A stretch of DNA of 64,000 nucleotides from the NCBI GenBank assembly GCA_965225945.1, contig CBDDBZ010000038.1:128001-192000 (forward strand), read 5' to 3'. The notes beneath the pieces are model-generated. The model was not told where the DNA came from, made no database searches, and saw only the letters and a list, made by a program, of their open reading frames with translations. Below are positions 51,943 to 63,847 of the stretch, one piece after another. The DNA comes from Alphaproteobacteria bacterium. Lineage in GTDB: Bacteria; Pseudomonadota; Alphaproteobacteria; GCA-2731375. The translations under genes were made by a program, and so were the position numbers. Position 1 is the stretch's first letter. Each line of letters starts with the position of its first letter.

Positions 51943-53163
51943 ATGGCCAATATCAAGCCAATCCGGTCCGAAAGGGACTACGAGGCGGCTTTGGGCCGGA
52001 TCTCTGAACTCATGGATACGGAAGCCGACAGCCCGGAGGGCGATGAGCTCGATGTCCTGGTCGATCTCGTTGAACTGTACGAAAGCAAACAAGTGCCGAT
52101 GGGTTATCCGAGTCCGATCGCCGCGATCGAGTTTCGTATGGAACAGGCAGGTCTGCGCCCCGCAGACCTTGCCTCGTTCATCGGAAGCCGCGCGAAGGTC
52201 TCGGAAGTTCTCTCCGGTAAGCGCGCAATCACCATGCCGATGGCGCGCGCGCTACATGAGCATCTCGGGATTCCGGCGGACGTGCTACTGCAGGAGCCGG
52301 ATGTCGACTTAGACGATCCGTGGGCCGACATGGAGTGGAGCCGGTTTCCCGTCAAGTCGATGGCAAAGTTGGGCTGGATTCCGGACAGGCCCGATCTAGC
52401 GGGATGCGCCGAGCATGTCATGCGGGACCTTATCAATCGGGCAGGGGGACTGGATGTCGCGGGCGCCGCGCTCTACCGAAAGAACGATCACGTGCGCGCG
52501 AATGCCAAAATGGACCCCTATGCGCTCAAGGCGTGGTGCTGGCAGATCCTTGCAAGAGCCAACGAGGACCTTCCGAAGGCGGGCTATGAGCGTGGCACCG
52601 TAACTTTGGACTTCCTGACGAAGGTCGCGCGGCTGAGCTGGTCGGAAGACGGTCCGCGGCTGGCGAAGGAATTGCTGGTCAAGCGTGGCATTTCACTCGT
52701 GATCGAAAAGCATCTGCCGAAGACGTATCTCGACGGGGTGGCACTCCGGCTCGGTGATGGCAGACCGGCAATCGGACTCACTCTGCGCTACGACAGAATC
52801 GACAATTTCTGGTTCTGCTTGCTGCACGAGTTGGCCCATGTGGGTCGACACATGGACAACGACAGAGGCGAAGCCTTCGTCGACGACTTAACGCTTCGGA
52901 AACTCGAAGGGAGACGGGAAGACCCTAGGGAGATGCAGGCGGACGAATGGGCGGAAGAAGCGCTTATTCCGCGCTCGGTTTGGGAAGCGAGCGCAGTGCG
53001 GGATCGGCCGACGACCATGGCCGTGATGAATCTCGCCAACGCCCTGCAAGTGCATCCGGCGATCGTCGCAGGGAGGGTTCGATACGAACGGAAGAACTAC
53101 CGGCTGTTATCGCAATTCGTTGGGACCGGCGAGGTCCGGCGACAGTTCGGCTTGGTATCGTGA
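51943..53163 (+). CDS. higA: HigA antitoxin fused to an ImmA/IrrE metallopeptidase domain
   Basis: IKPIRSE.DY, AIEFRMEQ, VSEVLSGKR HTH; C-terminal RYDRIDNFWF.LLHELAH, E.QAD. Confidence 0.85.
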   Translation: MANIKPIRSERDYEAALGRISELMDTEADSPEGDELDVLVDLVELYESKQVPMGYPSPIAAIEFRMEQAGLRPADLASFIGSRAKVSEVLSGKRAITMPMARALHEHLGIPADVLLQEPDVDLDDPWADMEWSRFPVKSMAKLGWIPDRPDLAGCAEHVMRDLINRAGGLDVAGAALYRKNDHVRANAKMDPYALKAWCWQILARANEDLPKAGYERGTVTLDFLTKVARLSWSEDGPRLAKELLVKRGISLVIEKHLPKTYLDGVALRLGDGRPAIGLTLRYDRIDNFWFCLLHELAHVGRHMDNDRGEAFVDDLTLRKLEGRREDPREMQADEWAEEALIPRSVWEASAVRDRPTTMAVMNLANALQVHPAIVAGRVRYERKNYRLLSQFVGTGEVRRQFGLVS

Positions 53164-53175
53164 AGTAACGGGCCG

Positions 53176-54123
53176 ATGAACTTCCATAGCGGACTGGGAG
53201 CTGGACTTTCCTCGCCGCCGCTAGGCGGAGCAATTCGGTGGTACTACGTCCGGCCTCGTTTCCGAGCGTTTCTTGAAAACCTGAAGATCACCGAGGATCA
53301 GACCAACGATGGCCAGACCAAGTATCGGGGTGTCGTCTCCTGCCTGAACCGCGGCTACTGGAACAGCAGTGACGATGCCATACACCGAATTCTGATCGGC
53401 TCCTGGGGGAAGTTGACCCCGGTTCGCCCGCCGCGTGATGTCGACATTCTCTTTGTCCTGCCGGTTGAGGTGTACTGGCGATTCCAGCAACGCTCGGGCA
53501 ATCGGCAGTCGCAGCTCTTGCAGGAAGTTAAGAGCTGGCTTCAGAGCACATATCCGCAGACCGACGTTCGATGAGACGGGCAGGTCGTCGTCGTGCCTTT
53601 CAATTCGTGCAAGGTGGAGGTTGCGCCGGCTTTCCCGTGCCAGGGAGGTGGTTACCTCGTATGCGACACCCACGAAGGCGGACGCTACAAGTGGGTCCAT
53701 CCGGAAGCCGAGATTGCCGCGCTCGATGGCGCCGATACAGCGCTGAACGGCAACGTGCGGAAACTTACCCGGATATTCAAACAGTGGCAGCGTCACTGTA
53801 ACGTGCCCATCAAGTCATTCCAGATTGAAGCGCTCGTTATGGAACTGTTGCCGCGCTTGAGCTACGGCGGCTGTGATGAATTCTGGTTCGACTGGTTGGT
53901 GCGGGATGCCTTGGGCCACATGATCAGCCGTGCCAACGGTTGGTTCACGATGCCGGTCACTGGCGAAGTGATCCAACTTGGAGATGCATGGCTCAGCAAG
54001 GCTTCGAGTGCTCACGAGCGCGCGCTTAGGGCCTGCGTATTGGAAGACGGCAACTGGGAAACTCTGGCGGGTGACGAGTGGCAAAAGATCTTCGGCACGA
54101 TGATTCCAACGAGGATCGGCTGA
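53176..54123 (+). pseudogene. SMODS (CD-NTase/cGAS-like) nucleotidyltransferase with a premature stop
   Basis: GSWGK.T.VRPPRDVD, QSQLLQEVK, DVR[TGA 53572-53574]DGQVVVV.F, EVAPAF, K.W...NVPIKSF, W.KIFG; both halves in one frame. Confidence 0.82.
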
Positions 54124-54479
54124 ACGAGGTGTGCGCCGCGCTCGTGCGTGAGTGCGAGCGGGAAGAGGAAAACTGCCTCTATACCTCGACAAGCTTTTTG
54201 ATTTGGGTGCGCTGTCTGCGCTACGTGCGGGCTGCCCTTTGGTTCTGCGCGGCCGCCGCGAGCGCGGTCGCGGCTTCGCACATTCTGCGCGGTGATCCGT
54301 CGTATCGAATACTCATCGCGGCAGCGGCGTTGGGGGCGGTAATCCTCCCCGGCATCGGGCGTGCCGTACGCATCGACGCCGCGATCCGCGATTACGCCGC
54401 CGCCGCGGCCGCGTTCAAGAATTTGCAGAGCGAGTTCAGGCGGGCGGCGCAGGTTTGGTCGCTGAAACCCTATCCCGAG
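54120..54479 (+). pseudogene. SLATT-like two-TM effector, truncated by IS21
   Basis: EENCLYTSTSF..W followed by two hydrophobic helices, directly after SMODS; start approximate. Confidence 0.65.
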
Positions 54480-57024
54480 TGTCAATCGGCGTTGAACATT
54501 GACCCCCTATCGGCGTGCAATGTTGACCCCTTTGGGGATGCACGGCGGAGGTCGTACAGGTAGTCCATAGGAGGGGCCCGCGCGCGGGCCGACGCGCCCA
54601 CCACGCGGCTGGCGGCGGACCGCGCGTGGGAGGTTCCTGTGGGCCCACCTGGGCGACCGGGCGGCAGGTGGATCGGTTGCCTTTAGGACCGATTCTTGAA
54701 GCGCCAGGAGTCGTTTCCGGTCTCGATGATCTCGCAGTGGTGCGTCAGACGATCGAGGAGCGCGGTGGTCATCTTGGCGTCGCCGAAGACGGACGGCCAT
54801 TCGCCGAAGGTCAGGTTGGTGGTGACGATGATCGAGGTGCGCTCGTAGAGCCGGCTGACGAGGTGGAACAGCAGCTGGCCTCCGGTTTGGGCGAAGGGCA
54901 GGTAGCCGAGCTCGTCGAGGATGACGAGGTCGCGCCGGGCCAGCTGATCGGCGAGCCGGCCCTGGCGGCCGGCGCGGGCTTCGGCCTCGAGCCGGTTGAC
55001 CAGGTCGACGACGTTGAAGAAGCGGCCCCGGGCGCCATCGCGGATGCAGGCCCGCGCGATGGCGACGGCGAGATGGCTCTTGCCGGTGCCGGTGCCGCCG
55101 ATCAGCACGGCGTTGCGCTGGTTGGCCAGGAAGCCGCCGACCGCCAACTCGCGGACCAGCGGCTCGTTGACCGGGGTGTCGGTGAAGTCGAAGTCGGCCA
55201 GCTCCTTGGCCAGCGGCAGCTTGGCGCCACTCATCTGGTACTTGATGGATCGCGCCTGCTTGTCGGCGATCTCGGCCTTCAACAGCTCGCCGATGATTCG
55301 CTGCATCGGATGCTGGCGCTTGAGGCCGTCGGCGAGCACCTCGTCGAACGCGTCGCGCATGCCGGCGAGCTTGAGTGCGGCCATCATCTCCAGGACCTCA
55401 TGGCGCTCCATGGCCGACCCCCCTCAAGCGGTCGTAGCGGGTGCAATCGGCCACCGGCTCAAAGCGAAGACGCAGGTTCGCGGGCGTCGGGATCGGCGCC
55501 GTCTCGGACGGCTGGCGCCGACGATTGAGGATGTTGAGCACGACGTCGGCGCTGCACACGCCGCCAGCGAGCGCCTCGGCACAGGCGGCCTCCACCGCCG
55601 CCAGCCCATCCGCCAGCACGGCGGTGAGGATCTCGACCATCTGCCTGTCGCCGTCGTCGTGGCCGGCGAGCCGGACGCGCACGCGACCCAGGGCGCCGGG
55701 CAGCGCCCAGTCCTTGAACGGCGCGCCGTTACGAAGCGCACCGGGCTTCCTCGCCAGCACGGGCACGTAGTGCCACGGGTCATAGACGGTCTGGTCGCGG
55801 CCGAAGCGCCGGGCATGCTCGGCGACGATCTCGCCGTCCTGGCGGATGACGATGCGATCGGCGTAGGCATGGACCTCGACCGGACGGCCGACGGCGCGCG
55901 CCGCCACGCTGTACTTGTTGCTGTCGAAGCGCACCAGGCAGGTCTTCGACACCGACGCCGGGACCGCGTGGAAGCCGTCGAACGGCCCGCGATAGCCGAC
56001 CAGGGACGGACGCTCGTCCTCGAACACCTGCCAGACAGTCCTGTCCTTGAACACCGGGTGGGGATGACGCCGGGCGTAGGCGACGCACTGGTCCAAGAGC
56101 CAGGCGTTGAGCTCGTCGTAGGTCTTGAAGCGCAGCCGCGGGGTGAAGAACCGACCGCGGATGATCCCGACCTGGTTCTCGACCTGCCCCTTCTCCCATC
56201 CCGCTCCCGGCGTGCATGCTGTCGGTTCGACCAGGTAGTGGCCACACATCTGCACGAAGCGCCGGTTGAACGCGCGCTCCTTGCCGATGAGGACGGTCTG
56301 CACCGCCGTCTTCATGTTGTCGTAGATGCCTCGCCGGCAGGCACCCTGGAACAGCCGGAATGCCCGGTCGTGGGCGTCGAACACCATCTCCTGGCTCTCG
56401 CGCGGATAAGCGCGGACGAAGAACATTCGGCTGTGGCACAGCCGGACGTGCGCGACCTTGACCTTGGTCGTCACCCCCGCCAGCACCACGTACTCGTGGC
56501 TCCAGTCGAACTGATAGGCCTCGCCCGGCGAGAACACCAACGGCACATAGGTCTGCGCCGTCGATGCCGAACGGCGCCACCGCCACGCCTTGGCGTAGCG
56601 CCGCACCGCGTCGTAGCCGCCGCCATAGCCCAGACCCTCGAGGGCTTCGGAGATCCGTAGCAGCGTCAGCCGCTCCCGCTTCGACTTGGTCTCGTTGGCC
56701 TCCAGCATCCGCTCCAGCTCGGCCGTCCACGGCCCCAGCTTCGGCATCGGCTGGACCCGCCGGTCGTAGGTGAACGCCGTCGCCTGCGAACGGATCACCT
56801 TGCGCACCGTGTTGCGCGAGACCTTCACGTCCCGCACGATCTCCTTGATCGGCTTCCCCTTGACGAAATACTCCCGCCGGATCCGCGCTATCGTCTCCAC
56901 GACCAACATCCCCCACCACCTCGTCCGCCCAAAAACGAGGTGACTTGGACTAGCCAGGCTCAGGGGGTCAAATTTGGACGCCGATCACCCCTCAACAGGG
57001 GTCAACTTTGCACGCCGTTCCACA
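54480..57024 (-). mobile_element. IS21 family element, copy 2 (istA 55398-56909, istB 54683-55411)
   Basis: Direct repeat of 19500-22044 at offset 34980; two substitutions seen near the istA start. Confidence 0.95.
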
Positions 57025-57653
57025 CCTGGTCCCGGCACCAGGCGATCAAGGCGGGCGAACCGTAGAAACGGTCGCCCATCAGCACAGGCTTGGCGCTGGC
57101 GGGCAGCAACGCCACGACCGCCTCCAATGCCTCGCGCTGCTCGCCAAAGCCGATCGCCCCTCGGGTCTCCTTGATCCGCCATGACAGCGGCAACGCCCGC
57201 CCGGCGATCCGCACCGCCACCATCACCGCCTGATGGCGGGCCGTCAACTGGGTCTGGTCCATGATCAGGACAATTTGTTGCCCGCCTGCCCCGACCCGCG
57301 CCAGAACGTCGCGTCCGTAAGGCGCCATCACCGCGTCAACCTCGATCAAGTCGTTGCCCAAAAGCCGGCTGATCCACTGATAGCGCATGTCCAGCCGTTC
57401 TGCCGCGCGCGGCAGGGACGCCGCCAAGTCCATCAGGTTCGCGCTCCGAACGTCCAGCATCGTCGCCACCAAAAGCGACAGTCCCTCGCGCTGTTTCTTG
57501 TTCTGCCCGGCAAGACGCCCCAGCATGTCCTCACCGATCGTCCCCGACAGCATCTCGATACCAACCATCCGTCGAACTCCGCCTGTGAAAAGGGCGGATT
57601 CCTTGAATCACATCAAGATTCTACAAGGCAAGCAAAATCTGATGGGTGGTAAG
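57025..57653 (-). mobile_element. IS4-like transposase N-terminal remnant, truncated by IS21
   Basis: LIMDQT, RALPL.W, LMGDRFYG; outer end ctgatgggtggtaag. Confidence 0.72.
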
Positions 57654-57682
57654 GTGTGGGCCGTCGTCAACGGAGGCACACG

Positions 57683-57844
57683 ATGGGCGAGAATCGAGAG
57701 AAGCCGGTTGTCCGACTCAAGCCGTCCTCCTACCAACCGAGCAAGGCCGAGCTCGAGGAGGACGTGGCGATCGAGGCGACGCCGCAGGAACTCCTGCGCG
57801 CGGTGGTGCGGGATGTGAGGATCGAAACCGACGACGATGCCTGA
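57683..57844 (+). CDS. Small hypothetical protein
   Basis: GGAGG RBS; MGENREKPVVRLKPSSYQPSKAELEED..EATPQELLRA. Confidence 0.5.
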   Translation: MGENREKPVVRLKPSSYQPSKAELEEDVAIEATPQELLRAVVRDVRIETDDDA

Positions 57845-57900
57845 TCGGAGTCGTTGTTACTCTACTACCTAATCCCCCATGAACTGATGGAGGCCAGGGA

Positions 57901-59156
57901 TGGACCCTGCTGACGAAAGTGGAGACGTCCTGCGATAGGATTTTGATCGCAGGAGGTGCAAATGTCGAAGCAGAATGGGAACAAGGGCCGGCGGTTTGAT
58001 CGGGCCTTCAAGGAAGAAGCCGTCCGTCTTTTACAGACGAGCGGGCGCAGGCGGCGGCAGATAGCAGGAGATCTTGGGATCAGCGTCAGCGCGCTCGGCC
58101 GCTGGGTCACAGAATTGCGTGCGGAGGATTTGCTTTCCGGTCCGCATGAGGATGCAGCGAAGGAGATTACCCGCCTACGCCGAGAGCGTGATCTGGCCCG
58201 TCAGGAACGTGATCTGCTAAAAAAAGCGCTGGCCTTCTTCGCCAGGGAAAGTCGATGAGGTTCCGGTTCATCGACGCGGAGAGGGCCGGGTTGGCGATGC
58301 CGATATTCCGCCTGTGCAGACTGCTGCAGGTCAGCGTCTCAGGCTTCTACGCTTGGCGCAATCGCGGCCCAAGCCAGCGACAGCTCGATGACATGGTTCT
58401 ACTCGCTCATGTCCGGGCAGCCTTTCGGCGCAGCCGCGAGAGCTACGGTGCAGAGCGGGTCCATCACGAGCTTGCCGAGAATGGGATTGAGGTTGGACGC
58501 CATAGGGTGGCTCGGCTGATGCGGGGAAATGGGTTGTCTCCAAAACGGAAACAGAAGTTCAAAAAGACGACGGACAGCCAGCACAACAAGGCCGTCGCAT
58601 CGAACCTTCTCGACCAGAACTTCTCCGCCGAGGCACCCAACGAGAAATGGGCTGCCGACATCAGCTATATCTGGACGGCACAGGGCTGGCTGTACTTGGC
58701 CGTCATGCTCGACCTCTACTCCCGGCGCGTCATCGGCTGGGCCGTGGGCGCTCGCATGACCAGCGACCTGCCGCTCAGGGCGCTTAACCGTGCTATCGGG
58801 CTGCGCCAACCTGGCGCCGGTGTGATCCACCATAGCGATCGGGGAAGCCAGTACTGCTCAGACGCATACCAGACGCGCCTCGGTGAACTCGGTTTCCTCG
58901 CCTCAATGAGCGGTAAGGGAAATTGCTATAATAACGCCGTCGTCGAGACCTTCTTCAAAACCATCAAGTCAGAACTGATCTGGAGGACTGTGTTCATGTC
59001 AAGAAGCCAAGCTGAAACTGCCATAGCCGGATACATCGATGGGTTCTATAATCCAGTCCGTCGGCACTCGACGCTGGACTTCACAAGCCCCGTCAAATTC
59101 GGGGCAGAAGCAATGCAAACGGTGTAGGGCGCCTCCACTTTTCCTGGATGGGTCCA
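57901..59156 (+). mobile_element. IS3 family element (OrfA 57962-58258, OrfB to 59127)
   Basis: IRs tggaccc..aaagtggag / ctccacttt..gggtcca; A-AAA-AAG slippery site near 58220; WAADISY, HSDRGSQY. Confidence 0.9.
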
Positions 59157-59192
59157 AGTACAGTATGGTGGGAGAAACGGAGGATTCGAGGA

Positions 59193-59366
59193 ATGGCCAG
59201 CAAGAAGCCGGACTTCAAGGGCGCGACACCCGAAAAGCTGGCGAAGGCGCTCGCGCGTCCCGTCAAGCGGTCTCGCAGCGGCAAGGCATCGGCCCCACCA
59301 CCCGCCGAAGACGAAGAGCCGCGAAAGTCCGGCCGGCGGCTGACTCGCAAGCCGGCGTCAAGTTAA
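59193..59366 (+). CDS. Small basic hypothetical protein
   Basis: MASKKPDFKGATPEKLAKALARPV. Confidence 0.45.
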   Translation: MASKKPDFKGATPEKLAKALARPVKRSRSGKASAPPPAEDEEPRKSGRRLTRKPASS

Positions 59367-59371
59367 GTATG

Positions 59372-61275
59372 TAATACCAATTGGCCTTGAGGGAGACTCA
59401 CTTTGAGGATTCCCATGGTGGATGATTTCTGACTCAATTCCGGTGATTCGGAGTTGAGGAGGTTCACCATGGGAGCGGCGATCGGGTTACGAGAGGATTT
59501 CGATGCGGCGGAGCTGCGTCGCTTGGCGAAGCTTTCCAAGGATGCCGGCCAGAGCCGCCGGCTCTTGGCTCTCGCGGTGATCTATGACGGTGGGCGGCGG
59601 ACGGATGCGGCACGGACCGGCCACGTGGGGCTTCAGGTGATCCGAGATTGGGTGTTGCATTTCAACGCCGAGGGCCCGGACGGCTTGATCGATCGCAAGG
59701 CGCCCGGTGCGGTGGCGAAGCTCGGACGATGCACAACGCCAGGCGCTGGGGGCACGCGTCGATGCGGGGCCGAACCCGGCGGTCGACGGCGTGGTGCGCT
59801 GGCGGCTGAAGGATCTGGCGGGCTGGATCCGGGATATGTTCGCGATCTCGCTCGACGAGACCACGGTGAGCCGGGAATTGAAGGCGATGGGCTCCACGTC
59901 GCCGGCCACAGACCTGATCGTTGCTGATGCGCCAACTCATCGGCGCCGGCACCATACGCGCAGGCCGAGGAGGGCGATCATCGAGGTATTTTAAAAAAAT
60001 GCTCACGCCCACCGGGGATGCTGGTCGCACTGGGGGTCTCGCAAAGCGGCCAGACGGTTTTCGCCGCTGCATTCCGCATCGGAGAGCCGGAGATAGCCAC
60101 TTAATCAACTGGTGTTGCAGGGAGACTCACTTTGAGGATTCCCATGGTGGATGATTTCGGCTCAATTCCGAAGATTCGGAGTTGAGGAGGTTCACCATGG
60201 GAGCGGCGATCGGGTTACGAGAGGATTTCGATGCGGCGGAACTGCGTCGCTTGGCGAAGCTTTCCAAGGATGCCGGCCAGCGCCGCCGGCTCTTGGCTCT
60301 CGCGGTGATCTATGACGGTGGGCGGCGGACGGATGCGGCACGGACCGGCCACGTGGGGCTTCAGGTGATCCGAGATTGGGTGTTGCATTTCAACGCCGAG
60401 GGCCCGGACGGCTTGATCGATCGCAAGGCGCCCGGTGCGGTGGCGAAGCTCGACGATGCACAACGCCAGGCGCTGGGGGCACGCGTCGATGCGGGGCCGA
60501 ACCCGGCGGTCGACGGCGTGGTGCGCTGGCGGCTGAAGGATCTGGCGGGCTGGATCCGGGATATGTTCGCGATCTCGCTCGACGAGACCACGGTGAGCCG
60601 GGAATTGAAGGCGATGGGCTTCACGAAGATGACGGCGCGTCCGCGCCACCATGCCCAGGAGGAGGGCGTCATCGAGGATTTTAAAAAAATTCCCCGAGCT
60701 GGTGGCACAAGCCCGCCGGCGCCTACCCGACGGCACCGAGATAGAAATCTGGTGGCAGGACGAAGCCCGTGTCGGCCAGAAGAACAAGATCACTCGGCGC
60801 TGGGCGCGGCGCGGAACCCGGCCCCGCGCACCGCATGACCAGCGCACCAAATCAGCCTATATCTTCGGCGCCATCTGTCCCGAACGCGGCGTCGGCGCCG
60901 CCCTCGTGCTCCCCCACTGCGACACCCAGGCCATGCAGCTGCATCTGGAGGAGATCTCCTCCCGGGTAGGCGCGCGCGCGCATGCCCTCCTGCTCCTCGA
61001 TCAGGCGGGTTGGCACACCACGGACAAGCTGAAGATCCCCGCCAACGTTACCCTCCTGCCCCTGCCACCACGCTCGCCGGAGCTCAATCCGACCGAAAAC
61101 ATCTGGCAGTTCATGCGCGACAACTGGCTGTCCAACTTGGTCTTCCAATCCGACGAGCAGATCATCACCTCCTGCTGCGAAGCCTGGAACAAGCTCATCG
61201 ATCAACCATGGAACATCACGTCCATCGGGCGGCGTAAATGGGCGCATGAGTTCTGATTAATGCCGATTGGTATTA
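59372..61275 (+). mobile_element. IS630 family element with a duplicated 5' part; frameshifted transposase about 60197-61256
   Basis: Ends TAATACCAATTGGC / GCCGATTGGTATTA; WQDEARVG, DQAGWH, SPELNP.E; TTTTAAAAAAA slippery site; ~59390-59890 repeats ~60120-60620. Confidence 0.85.
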
Positions 61276-62456
61276 GTGTCCCGATTCCGAAGTTCGCATG
61301 ATTTTCGCCTGCTGTTCAGCGATTTCGATTGTTCGGAGGCAGAACCGCTGGATGGCGCCGAGGATGTCATCGGCGGATTTGGTCCATTTGAAGGGTTTGG
61401 GGTTCTGGTTTGTCGTGTCGATGTAGTCGAGGATGGTGCGCTCCAACTCCTTGGTGGAGCGATGGACGCCGCGCCTGATCTGCTTGTCGGTCAGCAGCCC
61501 GAACCAGCGCTCGACCTGGTTGAACCAGGAGGCGCTGGTGGGTGTGAAATGGGCCTGCCAGCGCGGCCGTTTGGCGAACCAGTCGCGGATCGCCTTGGTC
61601 TTGTGGGTCCCGTAGTTGTCCATGACGATGTGGATGTCGAGATCACCAGGGACGTTCGCCTCGACGAGGTCGAGGAATTTGCGGAACTCTCGGGCCCGAT
61701 GGCGCGGGAAACATTTGCCGATGATCTCTCCCGTGGCGATGTCGAGGGCCGCGAAGAGAGAGGTCGTGCCGTGGCGCTTGTAGTCGTGGCTGCGCCGCTC
61801 CGCCTGCCCGGGGCGCATCGGCAAGAGGGGCTGGGAACGGTCCAAGGCCTGGATCTGGCTCTTTTCGTCGACACAGAGAACCAGGGCACGATCCGGCGGC
61901 GCCAAATACAGACCGACGATGTCGCGGACCTTCTCCACGAAGAAGGGATCGCTCGACAGCTTGAAGGTCTCCGAGCGATGCGGCTGCAAGCCGAAGGCCC
62001 GCCAGATGCGATGAATGGTCGAGGGCGCGTGGCCGCTCGCCCGCGCCATCGAGCGAAGGCTCCAATGGGTCGCGTCCGGCGGCGTCTCTTCCAGCGTCAG
62101 CCGGACCGCTTCCGCGATGGCGTCATCGCCGATTTGACGCGGCGCGCCGGGGCGGGGTTCGTCGTACAGACCGTCGAGGCCCTCCGCCGCATAGCGGCGA
62201 CGCCACTTGCCCACGGTGTCCGCGCTCGCCTCGAGACGAACGGCGATCTCCTTGTTCTCCAACCCTTCCGCCGCCGCCAAGACGATCCGAGCCCGCCGCG
62301 CAAGCCCCTGCGACGTCTTGCGACGACGAGACAGCGCCTCCAATTCGGCGCGCTCGTCATCGCTCAAAGAGATCGTCACCGCCACTCTCGCCATCAATCG
62401 CGCCTCCTGAAAACAAATAGAGACATAATCATACCAATTTATCGATCAGGACACTA
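61274..62456 (-). mobile_element. Second IS630 family element (transposase 61273-62397)
   Basis: [39 protein letters not shown]; TA-flanked ends gtgtcccgat / atcaggacac; shares its TA with the neighbouring IS630. Confidence 0.92.
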
Positions 62457-62491
62457 GGCTCGAATAGGTCTTGAAGGCGAGGGCGAATAGA

Positions 62492-63847
62492 ATGCGATTC
62501 CTTCTCACAGCTGTCTTGGTATTTTTCACGCTCGGCGGCGCCGCGCAAGCGGAGACGTTTCTGGGTGAGTTGGATATTTTGCTGAACACGCACCCGCGTC
62601 TTCAGGCTTCCGGCGCGGCGATTCGTTCCTCGGAGTCCGGCGAGGGGATCGTCAGAAGCGGTTTTCTCCCCGTGCTGACGGTGACGGGGGATATCGGCGC
62701 CGAGGAGACGGACAGTCCGGCGACGCGGGCGGCGGGTGGCGATTTTGAGTCGGATCGTTATTCGAGCTCGGTGTTTCTGACCTTGAACGTGTTCGACGGC
62801 TTCCAGACCACGAGTGACTTGAGCGCGGCGCGTCAGGCGACGGGGGTCGCGGCCCAGTCGCACCGCGGCACGGTACAGACGGTGATCCTGGAGGCGGCGA
62901 CGAGCTATCTGGACGTGCTGCGGCAAGGCACGCTGGTGGCGCTTTCGCGGGCCAACGAGCAGACCATCCAGGAGCAGTTGTCGCTGGAGGACGAGCGGGT
63001 TCGGCTCGGCTCGGGGATCAAGGTCGACGTGTTGTTGGCGAAATCTCGGCTGCAGGTCTCGAAGGAGCGTCGGACGGCGTTCGAGACCTCGCGCGCGGAT
63101 GCCTTGAGCCGTTTCGAGCAGGTTTTCGGCCATCCGGCGGCGGCCGGCGCGTTGAAGCCGCCGGCGCTGCCGGAGGCGGCGTTGCCGGGGAGCCTGGGGA
63201 CGGCGCTGGAGCAGGTGACGTCGTCGCATCCCGCGGTGCTGACCAGCCAGCGCCAGATCGACCGGGCGAACGCGCTGAGGCGCTCGGCGAGGGGCGGTTT
63301 CTTCCCCAAGCTGGACCTGGTGGCCCAGCACAACGTGGAGGACGACGTCGACGGCGTGGTGGGGACGCGGCGCGACCACGCGGTGCTGGCGCGGGTGACC
63401 TGGGAGCTCTTCAGCGGCTTCAAGACCAAGTCGCGGGTCAGCCAAGCGGCGGCGGAATATTCGGCGGCGGTGGAGAATGCGCGTTTCGTCGACCGCGAAG
63501 CCCGCGAGGAGGTGGCGCTGGCGTGGCACCAGATGGGCAGCGCGGCGGCGCGGCGCGATCTGCTGGCCAACGCGGTGACGATCGCGGCCGAGGTCTTCGC
63601 GGCGCGGCAGAAGCTTCTGGAGGCGGGCCAGGAGACCCCGCTCAATGTGCTGGACGCGGAAAACGAGAAGCTGAACGCCTGCATCAACCTGGTGAACGCG
63701 GACTTCGAGCATCGGGTCTCGGTCTATCGGGTTCTGTTCACGGTGGGCCGTTTGGAGCGCGAGGTGGTGGGCACGGCGGGCGAGGTCGGCCCGAGCCTGG
63801 CGGAGAGCTTGCCGGAGAGCGCCGAGGCCTGCGGTTTCGCGAGTTAG
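62492..63847 (+). CDS. TolC family outer-membrane protein
   Basis: Signal peptide; HPRL, FLP.L, VFDGF.T, AYLDVLR-like, G....LNVLDAENE. Confidence 0.88.
   Translation: MRFLLTAVLVFFTLGGAAQAETFLGELDILLNTHPRLQASGAAIRSSESGEGIVRSGFLPVLTVTGDIGAEETDSPATRAAGGDFESDRYSSSVFLTLNVFDGFQTTSDLSAARQATGVAAQSHRGTVQTVILEAATSYLDVLRQGTLVALSRANEQTIQEQLSLEDERVRLGSGIKVDVLLAKSRLQVSKERRTAFETSRADALSRFEQVFGHPAAAGALKPPALPEAALPGSLGTALEQVTSSHPAVLTSQRQIDRANALRRSARGGFFPKLDLVAQHNVEDDVDGVVGTRRDHAVLARVTWELFSGFKTKSRVSQAAAEYSAAVENARFVDREAREEVALAWHQMGSAAARRDLLANAVTIAAEVFAARQKLLEAGQETPLNVLDAENEKLNACINLVNADFEHRVSVYRVLFTVGRLEREVVGTAGEVGPSLAESLPESAEACGFAS

Noticed and set aside
53572-53574. In-frame TGA in SMODS as selenocysteine or readthrough
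   Set aside because: The position corresponds to Gly in the xDGQVV context, not Cys, and the partner gene is also broken; a GGA-to-TGA nonsense change is more likely.
19500-57024. IS21 composite transposon that inserted as one unit
   Set aside because: Outer flanks (ttggcg / cctggt) share no target duplication and the cargo is core chromosome.
59890-60118. Scrambled sequence between the duplicated IS630 5' halves as a novel insert
   Set aside because: It reads as an indel-rich version of 60620-60700, typical of low-quality consensus or decay; it also warns that some local duplications may be artefacts.
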